From contig CANQIX010000002.1 of the NCBI GenBank assembly GCA_947624105.1, positions 1 through 63,268 on the forward strand: a DNA stretch of 63,268 nucleotides, written 5' to 3'. The notes under the pieces are model-generated. The model did not search any database and was not told the origin of the DNA. It saw nothing but the letters and a program-made list of their open reading frames with translations. The stretch comes from an uncultured Clostridia bacterium (lineage in GTDB: Bacteria > Bacillota > Clostridia > Christensenellales > UBA1242). This document shows, one piece after another, positions 29,399 through 37,985 of this stretch (position 1 is the first letter of the stretch; the number at the start of each line of letters is the position of its first letter). A program made the translations under genes and the position numbers.

Positions 29399-30232
29399 TT
29401 ATAACCAAATTGTAAGGGTAATTAGCACTAAGCCGGCATATAGGAAGAAGTTTAGTCTGTGTGTTTTTGTAAACGCTTTAATAAAGGCGTAGAAAGACAG
29501 AACTCCACAACCAACCGTAAACAAGATGTTTTTAAGGGAGTAACTATATATGATTGTGGCAACTGCTTGACCAACCAAAAAGCCAATTCCGGCGTAGAAG
29601 AAGATTGCTGTCAGGCAATCAAAGACATTTACCTTTCCTTTAAGTTTGCCATTTACAACGGCGATGCAAAGTCCAAATATTGCCATTGGCACAGCGCACA
29701 AAAAGGCGTAGAGGGATTCTTTTCCAATGTAGAGTCCAGAAAAGGCAACTAGAAACGCCGTCATAAAAAAGCCTAACGAGTTAAACAACGTGCCTTTAGA
29801 CTCGCAAAATACCGCTCCTATAGGGCTTTTACCGCGGATTGACAGACTTTTTCCGGTTGCATCAGTGAAAGTGGAGAGAGGTTGTTTTGGTGGTTCTGTT
29901 TGATTTTCGGCAACTTCTGGTTTTTTAAGCCAACCGCCAACAAGCACAACTTCTTGCACTTCTTCGTTTGTAAACTTTGGATTTTTCTTAAAGTATGGGT
30001 GTATTGGTTCGTAGAGCATAAGGAAGAGTGGAACATACGCAACGATAAGCAAGATGCTTCGAGTCGAAAAATCGTTTACGTAGTTTGCACAGAAGATTGT
30101 TGCAAGCACAATCAGTGTCAGCGACAGCAGTGTGCAGGTGAAATAAAAGACACTATTTCGCTTTGCAAACAAACTTGCGAAAACAATTACGCCAAGTGCA
30201 ACAAATATCGCGATTAGTGAACCAAATAACAT
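29399..30232 (-). CDS. Polytopic membrane protein, unknown function
   Basis: 277 aa with multiple hydrophobic helices flanking a hydrophilic loop. No recognisable family. Confidence 0.5.
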   Translation of the reverse strand: MLFGSLIAIFVALGVIVFASLFAKRNSVFYFTCTLLSLTLIVLATIFCANYVNDFSTRSILLIVAYVPLFLMLYEPIHPYFKKNPKFTNEEVQEVVLVGGWLKKPEVAENQTEPPKQPLSTFTDATGKSLSIRGKSPIGAVFCESKGTLFNSLGFFMTAFLVAFSGLYIGKESLYAFLCAVPMAIFGLCIAVVNGKLKGKVNVFDCLTAIFFYAGIGFLVGQAVATIIYSYSLKNILFTVGCGVLSFYAFIKAFTKTHRLNFFLYAGLVLITLTIWL

Positions 30233-30298
30233 ATATCTTTATTATAAACGAAAAAAATAAAATTGCAAAATAATTTCTGCAATTTTATCGAATTATGC

Positions 30299-31969
30299 TT
30301 ATAGAGTTGGCATTTTGAAGGAATCCTTAAGGGTAATCGTCCTATTAAACACCAAATTGTCTGCCGTTGTGTCAGGGTCAAGGGTGAAATAGCCGTTTCT
30401 TACAAACTGATATCTCTCGTCCATATTGTAGTTCAATTTTTCAACATAGCACTCAGTAAGTTCGGTTTTTGAGTTTGGATTTATCCTAACTCCGTCTGTT
30501 TCAGCCTCGTTCTTTTCAACGCTTTCGCTGTCCTCTTCGGCAACTAGATTTTCAAAGAGGCGGCAGGTTACTTTGTAGGCGTGTTTTGGATTTACCCAGT
30601 GGATTGTGCCTTTAACCTTTCTGTTTGCACCTTCTGTTCCAGATTTTGTGTCTTTGTCGTAGGTTGCATAAATTGTTGTTACTTTTCCGTTTTCGTCCTC
30701 GTCAAAACCGGTGCACTTTATGATGTAAGCACCCTTAAGGCGAACTTCGTTTCCAACAAACAAGCGGAAGAACTTTGGTATAGGTTCTTTTAAGAAGTCA
30801 CTTCTTTCAACAACAATCTCTCTGCCAAAGTAGTGAGCGTGTTTTTCGGTGTTGCCTTCAATCTGTGGGAAGTCTTCGGTGAAGATTTCTTCGTCCTCGC
30901 CTTCATAGTTTGTGATTACAAGTTTAACGGGGTCAAGCACAGCCATAACTCTGCGTGCCTTTTGGTTTAAAGTTTCTCTAATGTAGTAATCTAAAAATGC
31001 CCTATCAACAACGGCGGTGTTAACCTTTGAAAGTCCGGTTGCGTAAACAAAATTCTTCAAACTCTCTGGAAGCACGCCACGTCTACGAAGTCCGGCAACG
31101 GTGTAGAGTCTTGGATCGTCAAAGCCCGAAACAATGCCGTCATTTACAAGTTTTTTGATATTGCGTTTGCCTAAAATTGTGCCACTTAAATATAGGTTTG
31201 TATATTCAATTTGGCGTGATTTGTTTTTAAGTCCGCTGTTTTCAACAACCCAATCATAAAGTGGGCGGTGGTCTTCAAATTCTGGGCCACAAATGGAGTG
31301 TGTAACACCCTCTAAGCAGTCGTCAAGTGGGTGAGAAAAGTCGTAAGATGGATAGATGTTCCAACTTCTGCCAATTCTGTGGTGTTCTGCGTATTGGATA
31401 CGATAGATAACTGGGTCGCGCATATTGATGTTAGGACTTGCCATATCGATTTTTGCACGCAGACAGCGAGAGCCAGCAGGGTATTTTCCTTGCTTCATAC
31501 CTTCAAAAAGTTCCAAATTTTCTTCGACAGAGCGATTTCTGTATGGGCTTTCTTTTCCAGGTTCGGTAAGTGTGCCTCTATACTTTGAAAGTTCCTCAGG
31601 AGATAGGTCGCAGACGTATGCCTTTCCCTCTTTAATAAGTTTTACTGCAATCTCGTAGTTTTGTTGGAAATACTCGGTTGCATAGTGAATCTCGTGCCAA
31701 TGATAGCCAAGCCACATAACATCGTTCTGTATCGAATTTACAAATTCGGTGCTTTCTTTAAGTGGGTTGGTGTCATCATAACGCAAATTGCACACACCGC
31801 CATATCTTTCGGCTGTGCCATAGTTTAAGATTATGTTTCTTACGTGCCCAATGTGAAGATATCCACTTGGTTCTGGTGGGTGTCTGGTTTGCACGCAATT
31901 AAAACGGCCATTTTTTAAGTCTTCATTTATCTTTTCTTCAATAAAATTTATCGGTTCAACTGTTTTCAT
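30299..31969 (-). CDS. glnS: Glutaminyl-tRNA synthetase
   Basis: VQTRHPPEPSGYLHIGHVRN is the class I HIGH region in a GlnRS context. The size (556 aa) and the C-terminal anticodon-binding beta-barrel region fit GlnRS. Confidence 0.88.
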   Translation of the reverse strand: MKTVEPINFIEEKINEDLKNGRFNCVQTRHPPEPSGYLHIGHVRNIILNYGTAERYGGVCNLRYDDTNPLKESTEFVNSIQNDVMWLGYHWHEIHYATEYFQQNYEIAVKLIKEGKAYVCDLSPEELSKYRGTLTEPGKESPYRNRSVEENLELFEGMKQGKYPAGSRCLRAKIDMASPNINMRDPVIYRIQYAEHHRIGRSWNIYPSYDFSHPLDDCLEGVTHSICGPEFEDHRPLYDWVVENSGLKNKSRQIEYTNLYLSGTILGKRNIKKLVNDGIVSGFDDPRLYTVAGLRRRGVLPESLKNFVYATGLSKVNTAVVDRAFLDYYIRETLNQKARRVMAVLDPVKLVITNYEGEDEEIFTEDFPQIEGNTEKHAHYFGREIVVERSDFLKEPIPKFFRLFVGNEVRLKGAYIIKCTGFDEDENGKVTTIYATYDKDTKSGTEGANRKVKGTIHWVNPKHAYKVTCRLFENLVAEEDSESVEKNEAETDGVRINPNSKTELTECYVEKLNYNMDERYQFVRNGYFTLDPDTTADNLVFNRTITLKDSFKMPTL

Positions 31970-32038
31970 ATAGACTCCTAAATTACGAAAATATTTTACT
32001 TTAATATTATTAAAAAGTCAACTGAATAAGAAACGTGA

Positions 32039-32620
32039 TTAGGCGATATTTAGGTCTTTCAACTTGTTTTTTATCCTAGTAAGACTGTTATCTATGCTTT
32101 TATTGGTTAAATTTAAAATCTCCGCTATCTCTTTGTAAGAGTAGCCTTGCAAGTAGTAGGTTAAAACTTTATATTCGCGCTTAGACAAGATTTGCTTTAT
32201 GTTTAAAATCAAATTGTGATAGTTTTCCTTGTTTATCACTTTATCGACAGGGGAGTCTTGCAAAATAAGCCCCATTGGCAGATATTCCTCCGCAGAATCT
32301 CCGTCAGCAAAACTTTGCAGCGAAACAGAGGAAGAAAGGGGTGCGTTCTTTTTGGTGTTTGCCTTTTTTATCGCCGTTTGAATTTGGTGCTTGATGCACA
32401 TAATTGCAAAGGTTTTAAAGGAAGAGTTCTTTTCGGGAGAGTAGTTTCTTATCGCTTTGTAAAGCCCCATCATTCCCTCTTGAACGGTGTCTTCAATATC
32501 TCCACCAACGATATAATAACTTCTGGCAATCTTCACCACAAGTTCTTTATACCTTTCAAGTATCTCAGTTTCATAGCCCTCTTCTTTTGAGGCTAAAAGT
32601 TCTTCATCTGTTTTTGTCAT
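32039..32620 (-). CDS. sigH: RNA polymerase sigma factor, SigH-like
   Basis: IVGGDIEDTVQEGMMGLYKAIRNYSPEKNSSFKTFAIMCIKHQIQTAIKKANTKKNAPL closely follows the B. subtilis SigH region 2 pattern. It lies in rlmB-sigH synteny. Confidence 0.8.
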   Translation of the reverse strand: MTKTDEELLASKEEGYETEILERYKELVVKIARSYYIVGGDIEDTVQEGMMGLYKAIRNYSPEKNSSFKTFAIMCIKHQIQTAIKKANTKKNAPLSSSVSLQSFADGDSAEEYLPMGLILQDSPVDKVINKENYHNLILNIKQILSKREYKVLTYYLQGYSYKEIAEILNLTNKSIDNSLTRIKNKLKDLNIA

Positions 32621-32692
32621 TTTATAATAATAGCATATTTTAACTAAAATTCAATAAAAAAAGTTTAATTTGCATCGCAATTTTTAAAGAAA

Positions 32693-32718
32693 TAAAAAAA
32701 ATCGCTAAAACTAGCGAC
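32693..32718 (-). terminator. Intrinsic terminator after tRNA-Glu
   Basis: On the minus strand: tcgcta-gttt-tagcga followed by tttttttt. Confidence 0.6.
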
Positions 32719-32728
32719 TTAAATATTG

Positions 32729-32803
32729 TGGTGATCTCGAGGGGAATCGAACCCCTGATACCGCCGTGAAAGGGCGGTGTCTTAACCGCTTGACCACGAG
32801 ACC
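32729..32803 (-). tRNA. tRNA-Glu (anticodon UUC)
   Basis: The minus strand reads ggtctcgtggtcaagcggttaagacaccgccctttcacggcggtatcaggggttcgattcccctcgagatcacca. Anticodon stem ccgcc/ggcgg carries loop ctTTCac. CCA is encoded. Confidence 0.88.
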
Positions 32804-32896
32804 ACAATCAAATTGCTCTGTCATTTTATCAAAATGTCGATTGTTTGTCAAGCAGTTTTCAATCAAAATACAAATTTTTCGCAAATTTTTAATAAA

Positions 32897-33622
32897 TTAT
32901 TTGCTATTTCTCTGTCTTACAACTTCGTAAATCACAATGCCGGCAGTTACACTTGCGTTCAAAGAATTTACCGAACCAAACAGTGGCAAGGTTACCACGC
33001 CATCGCAGTATTTTTTTATACTCTCGTGCGTGCCTTTTCCCTCTGAGCCAATAACAATGCCGATAGGGCCCGTTAGGTCAGTTTTGTAGATGTCCGCTCC
33101 GCCAATTTCAGCCGAATATATCCAAAGCCCTTTGTCTTTGAAGAAATCGATTGCTTCTTTTAAGTTTGTAACTTGGGCAATTAAAGTGTTTGCAATTGCA
33201 CCAGCACTTGTTCTAACGACCGTTTCGTTGACCTGACAAGCGCGATTTTTTGGTATAACAATTCCATCAACGCCGGCACATTCACACGACCTTATTATTG
33301 CGCCAAAATTGTGTGGATCTTCGATTCCGTCCAAAAATACAACAAAAGCATCGTGATTTTTGCTTTCCGCCTTGTCAAAAATTTGTTGCAGCGAAGAATA
33401 TGCAAAATCGACAGTAAGTGCAATATAGCCTTGATGATGCCCGGTTTTAGAGAGTTTGTCTAGCCCCGCTTTTGGGAGATATTCAATCTTAACTCTTTTG
33501 GCAGTGGCAAGTTTAATAACATCATCTCTGCGAGAGAGATAATTTTTGTCAACCAAAATCTTGTTTATCGTCGTTTCGTTTTTTAAAGCCTCAATAACTT
33601 GATTTCTTCCCTCAATATTCAT
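32897..33622 (-). CDS. rlmB: 23S rRNA (guanosine-2'-O)-methyltransferase, RlmB/TrmH (SpoU) family
   Basis: SpoU methylase motifs LDGIEDPHNFGAIIRS and IVIGSEGKG...LNASVTAGIVIYE. Synteny with mrnC and sigH supports the call. Confidence 0.85.
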   Translation of the reverse strand: MNIEGRNQVIEALKNETTINKILVDKNYLSRRDDVIKLATAKRVKIEYLPKAGLDKLSKTGHHQGYIALTVDFAYSSLQQIFDKAESKNHDAFVVFLDGIEDPHNFGAIIRSCECAGVDGIVIPKNRACQVNETVVRTSAGAIANTLIAQVTNLKEAIDFFKDKGLWIYSAEIGGADIYKTDLTGPIGIVIGSEGKGTHESIKKYCDGVVTLPLFGSVNSLNASVTAGIVIYEVVRQRNSK

Positions 33623-33632
33623 ATTTTTCCTC

Positions 33633-34004
33633 TTATTCTATCGATTTTTTTAAAATTTCGTCCAATCTTTCGGTGTTTTTTGAAAGATATAAGTAGCCAA
33701 CAAGCGCTTCAAATGCCGTTGCTTTTGTATATTCTTCAACGCTAGCGTGGGCGGCAGTGTGCTTGCTTTTTGCGTTTTTTGCACGCTTTACAACGGATAA
33801 TTCTTCTTCGCTTAACCCTTCGGTGATTTTCTCTAAAACTTCCTTTTGATGTTTCGCGTTGCAGAACTTTTTTGCTGCATTGTGAAAGTTGTTAGGTTTG
33901 TTGAAATTTTCCTCCAAAAGCACATATTTTCTTACAAAAGCAGTGTGAACGGCATCACCGATAAAGGCAAGGGCCAAAGGGGACAACTTTTCGTAATCTT
34001 CCAT
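33633..34004 (-). CDS. mrnC: Mini-ribonuclease 3
   Basis: LALAFIGDAVHTAFVRKYV is a RNase III-like signature. The protein is 123 aa and sits upstream of rlmB as in Bacillus. Confidence 0.8.
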   Translation of the reverse strand: MEDYEKLSPLALAFIGDAVHTAFVRKYVLLEENFNKPNNFHNAAKKFCNAKHQKEVLEKITEGLSEEELSVVKRAKNAKSKHTAAHASVEEYTKATAFEALVGYLYLSKNTERLDEILKKSIE

Positions 34005-34013
34005 ACTCTATCC

Positions 34014-35108
34014 TTAATTGTTAAAGCGGAAAAGAACGACATCGCCGTCTTGCATCACATATTCCTTTCCTTCGATGCGAACTTTTCCCTTTTCTTTTGC
34101 CTTCAAAAACGAGCCTGCTTCGACAAGGTCGGCATAGGAAACAATCTCCGCTTTAATAAATCCTTTTTCAAAATCGGAGTGAATCTTTCCTGCAGCAGCG
34201 GGAGCCTTTGTTCCTTTGTTTATTGTCCAAGCACGCACCTCTTTTTCGCCGGCGGTGAGATAACTCATAAGCCCAAGCAAATCATAACTTGCAACAACAA
34301 GTTTCTCCAAACCGCTAGACTTAATTCCAAGTTCTTCTTTGAACATCTCTCTTTCGTCTTTGTCAAGGCTAGCAAGTTCTTCTTCGATTTTAGTGCAAAG
34401 AACGACAACTTTTGCTCCCTCTTTGTCTGCAATCTCTTTCACTTTTTCAACATATTGATTGGTTTCTTTAACTAGGTCGCTTTCGGCGATATTTGCAACA
34501 TAAATAAGTGGTTTTGCAGTTAAAAGTGCAAAATTTTTAAGATTTTTCTGCTCTTCTTCGCTAAAAGACAGCGTTCTTGCTTGTCCGCCATTTTCAAGTA
34601 CTTCTTTCACGCGGGAGAGCATATCAACCATTTCAACTAAGCCTTTTTCTTTTGTTTGCCTAGCAATTTTCGTGTTTTTTTCAAGAAATTTGTCAACTTG
34701 CTCCAAATCCGCAAGGGCGAGTTCTGTTTCGATTGTGTCGATGTCGCGCTTAGGATCGATTGAACCTTCTACGTGGATTATCTTTTCGTTGTCAAAACAT
34801 CTAACAACGTGCACGATCGCATCAACTTCTCTTATATGGCTTAAAAATTTGTTTCCAAGTCCTTCGCCGTGGCTCGCTCCAGCAACAAGACCAGCAATGT
34901 CGACAAATTCGATTGCGGCAGGGGTAATCTTTTGTGTGTTATACATCTTTCCAAGCACATTTAATCTGTCGTCTGGAACGTCAACGATGCCAATATTTGG
35001 CTCTATCGTGCAAAAAGGATAGTTTGAACTTTCTGCACCAGCATTTGTAATTGCATTAAATAAAGAACTTTTTCCAACATTTGGAAGCCCAACAATACCA
35101 ATTTTCAT
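34014..35108 (-). CDS. ychF: Ribosome-binding ATPase YchF
   Basis: MKIGIVGLPNVGKSSLFNAIT (G1 motif), FVDIAGLV, and the C-terminal TGS-like region AAGKIHSDFEKGFIKAEIV. Confidence 0.92.
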   Translation of the reverse strand: MKIGIVGLPNVGKSSLFNAITNAGAESSNYPFCTIEPNIGIVDVPDDRLNVLGKMYNTQKITPAAIEFVDIAGLVAGASHGEGLGNKFLSHIREVDAIVHVVRCFDNEKIIHVEGSIDPKRDIDTIETELALADLEQVDKFLEKNTKIARQTKEKGLVEMVDMLSRVKEVLENGGQARTLSFSEEEQKNLKNFALLTAKPLIYVANIAESDLVKETNQYVEKVKEIADKEGAKVVVLCTKIEEELASLDKDEREMFKEELGIKSSGLEKLVVASYDLLGLMSYLTAGEKEVRAWTINKGTKAPAAAGKIHSDFEKGFIKAEIVSYADLVEAGSFLKAKEKGKVRIEGKEYVMQDGDVVLFRFNN

Positions 35109-35180
35109 ATATTTCTCCGTAAGTAAGTTAATTATATCAAAAGCAAATTTATTTTACAAGAAAATCAAGCAATTTTAATC

Positions 35181-35218
35181 CCAACAACAAAAAAGGAATA
35201 CCTTTCGATATTCCTTTT
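35181..35218 (-). terminator. Probable intrinsic terminator
   Basis: Hairpin aaaaggaata-cctttcga-tattcctttt; the minus-strand sense is followed by tgttgtt. Confidence 0.45.
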
Positions 35219-35226
35219 GGTGAGTG

Positions 35227-37806
35227 TTATTGCTTGATATTGCCCTCATCAGTTTTTTCTTTTTGAGGTGTAGAGTTGTTAGTTAGTTCTGTAGTGTTTT
35301 CTTCTTGTTTTGTTTCCGTTGCGTTAGTATTTTCAGATACTTTTTCTGTCAGTTTTGCAAGACGTTTTTCATAACGCTTTTTTGCATCCTTTAACTTTTG
35401 TCTTTGTGTTTCTAGTTTGGCAGATTTTTCATCTCGGTCGTGTAATTGCTCTAAAATTTCAATTGCTTTTCCAGGCTCTTTATTAGCAGCAAACAATCCA
35501 TCAATAGCACCATTTTCAAGTTCTCTTGCGTCAATACTTTTTTCAATATTTTCAATTATTTCTGTAGATGCGTCAGCGATATTTTTTAAGTCTTCAATCT
35601 TATCTCTTAAATATTCTTTGTATTGGTCTAAATCTTTCAACCCGCGCTCATTTGCCTCAGCAGTAAATTCTTTAATTTTCTTAGAATCTTTATTTTTGCG
35701 GGAAGCATCTATTTCGGCAATTTTGATATTTTTTATTGATGCGCTATTATCAGCGCTTGTTGCAATTGTAACAAAATCTTCCCTCATGGTTTTTAAATCA
35801 CTGATGTGTTTATCGTTAAGTTCTTTTCTGTTTTGAAAACGTTTGCTCTCTTTGTCAGTTAATTTCGATTTCTTGGTGTTTTTAGAAACTCTTCCTATAA
35901 GTTCGTATACACTATCTTTAACATTTTCCGAATATTTAATCTGCCTAGCAGTATCAAATGGAATATTGTCTTTTAAAGTAGGGTTATCTGTATTAAGAGA
36001 CATATATTCTCTTGTTCTATCATATAGGTTGAATTGTTCAATTCCATCCATATCGCTAGCCCTTATTTGCGCTATTTTCTCTTTACGGAGATCTTCTTTT
36101 TCCTTTTTCTTTAAAAGTTTACGCTCTCTTCGAGTTAGCTTCTTTGTATTTTCTTTTTCAGCAACGGCTTGTGCTTCGTTAGACATTTCGTTAGATTTTT
36201 CTTTTCCGACTGCTTTTACTTTTTTTGCTTTTTGCTTATTTTCTGCTCGTGTTTGTTGTGAAGATCTAATTATTTCTGGAGCAGCAAAGGCTGCAAATGG
36301 AATTGCTATTGAGAATACACTTGCTGGCAAGAATACGCAGCCAACTGTAACCGCAACCGCTACGCCAAACCAGAATTTTGATGATTTTAAGAATCCAGGA
36401 ACTCTACTTTTCTTTTTCTCTTCTGTTTTTTCCTCTTTTTGTTCTTTATTGGTATCGTTTGCACCTTGTTCGCCCTGAGTTTCGGAAGCTTGTTTTTCAA
36501 AAGAATCATCTGCCTGTTGTTCTTCAAAGTTTGCGGTCTCTTCCTGCTCTTTAGGTTGATCAATATCAGACTTAATATCGTCTTCCTGAGAAGAATTATT
36601 ATTTTCCTTTTCGGCAACAATCCCTTGTTCTTCGGTTTTTTCAGCCTCAGGCTTTTCGGTGTTTAAGGCTTGTGCGCTTCTTTTTAGTCTTGCGCTTTCT
36701 CCGACGCCATATTCTTTTACGTTGATAACGTGAGTCAAATCATTTCTAACTTCTTTCTGTTTGCCGTTACTATATTCCAACAGGAAGGAAGCGTTTTGCT
36801 TAAACTGTTCAGCAGAATTTTCGCTGAGTTCTTGTTGAAAGTGATATCTCACCTTTTCGTTCTTTGGATCGATAAGTGTGTATGCAACCACTGGGCGACT
36901 CTTTTCTCCGGCAGGTTCGATAAGGTCCATAGTGTCGATTTCGTAGTAAGTTCCAGGAAGACGTTTATCACCTTCTGCCAAATTAAAGTATGCATAGTGT
37001 TTTGTGCCTTCAGTGTATACATTCAAGAATTCTGCGTTCTTTTCTCCACCTTCAGCGTATGGGTAATATGGGATAGTTGAGATGGTTGAGTTTCCGTGTT
37101 CTTCTTTTACTGTTACATATTGATTATCCTTCATTGCCCTTTCTTGTAGGATTGCTGCATACATATTAACGCTGTTTTGGAAGACTGGGGACTTAAAGTC
37201 CATACCTTTTCCAAATTTGCAAACAGATTTTCCGTCAAGGGCAAGGTCAAAGACGCTTTTATCTATTACAAGGTTGTTTGCGTGGTCAGTGTATTTGCAA
37301 AGCGCTTTTTGTTGTCCAAGTTGCATTTGAACGCCAAATGCAGAGAACACTGCTCCAAAACTTTTTGTTTGGTTTGCGCATTTAATTTGAATATCAAGGT
37401 TCTTATCGATAACAAACTCTTCAATTGGGAATGAGAGAGCATCTCTACTTTTATCCTCGTATTCTTTAAAGAAGTTTCTATTAAAGGCTTCAAAGAATGG
37501 TGTGTTTTTTCTAAACTCAGCATACTCTTCTCCGTATACGAAGTCTTGAGAAAATTTTAGGTAAATGCCACCATTTGCCCCCTTGTAGAAACTAACAAGT
37601 TCGGCATTTTTTCCCTCAACTTGTCCGTTGATAGATAAGAGAAGTTGATCTTGCTTCTTTTTTGCTGGTTTATTGGTAAATTCAACCACTTGGGTGGTAG
37701 TCTTTCCAACAGAGATTTCTTGACTAAAACCATTTTTGGTTTTTGTGAAGTTGAAAGTTTCTCTGGTTGCAGATACAGTACCTGTTATTTTTTGATCTTC
37801 AGCCAT
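35227..37806 (-). CDS. Large membrane-anchored protein of unknown function, 859 aa
   Basis: An N-terminal region of about 390 aa is globular. An acidic low-complexity linker follows. The hydrophobic hairpin reads FWFGVAVAVTVGCVFLPASVFSIAIPFAAFAAPEII. The C-terminal region of about 330 aa is K/E-rich and coiled-coil-like. Confidence 0.6.
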   Translation of the reverse strand: MAEDQKITGTVSATRETFNFTKTKNGFSQEISVGKTTTQVVEFTNKPAKKKQDQLLLSINGQVEGKNAELVSFYKGANGGIYLKFSQDFVYGEEYAEFRKNTPFFEAFNRNFFKEYEDKSRDALSFPIEEFVIDKNLDIQIKCANQTKSFGAVFSAFGVQMQLGQQKALCKYTDHANNLVIDKSVFDLALDGKSVCKFGKGMDFKSPVFQNSVNMYAAILQERAMKDNQYVTVKEEHGNSTISTIPYYPYAEGGEKNAEFLNVYTEGTKHYAYFNLAEGDKRLPGTYYEIDTMDLIEPAGEKSRPVVAYTLIDPKNEKVRYHFQQELSENSAEQFKQNASFLLEYSNGKQKEVRNDLTHVINVKEYGVGESARLKRSAQALNTEKPEAEKTEEQGIVAEKENNNSSQEDDIKSDIDQPKEQEETANFEEQQADDSFEKQASETQGEQGANDTNKEQKEEKTEEKKKSRVPGFLKSSKFWFGVAVAVTVGCVFLPASVFSIAIPFAAFAAPEIIRSSQQTRAENKQKAKKVKAVGKEKSNEMSNEAQAVAEKENTKKLTRRERKLLKKKEKEDLRKEKIAQIRASDMDGIEQFNLYDRTREYMSLNTDNPTLKDNIPFDTARQIKYSENVKDSVYELIGRVSKNTKKSKLTDKESKRFQNRKELNDKHISDLKTMREDFVTIATSADNSASIKNIKIAEIDASRKNKDSKKIKEFTAEANERGLKDLDQYKEYLRDKIEDLKNIADASTEIIENIEKSIDARELENGAIDGLFAANKEPGKAIEILEQLHDRDEKSAKLETQRQKLKDAKKRYEKRLAKLTEKVSENTNATETKQEENTTELTNNSTPQKEKTDEGNIKQ

Positions 37807-37985
37807 ATCTTACTCTCCTTTTGTTTTCTTGATTATATCACACATTGTGTATTTTGTCAATTTTTGCCTAAAAATAAATTTAAGTATTTTATTATCTTTT
37901 TTAGTGGGGTAAAATTATATAAAAGGGTTGCGTTTTTTTTGAAAAATTGTTAAAATTAACTGATTAGTAATTTTTAGGAGATACA

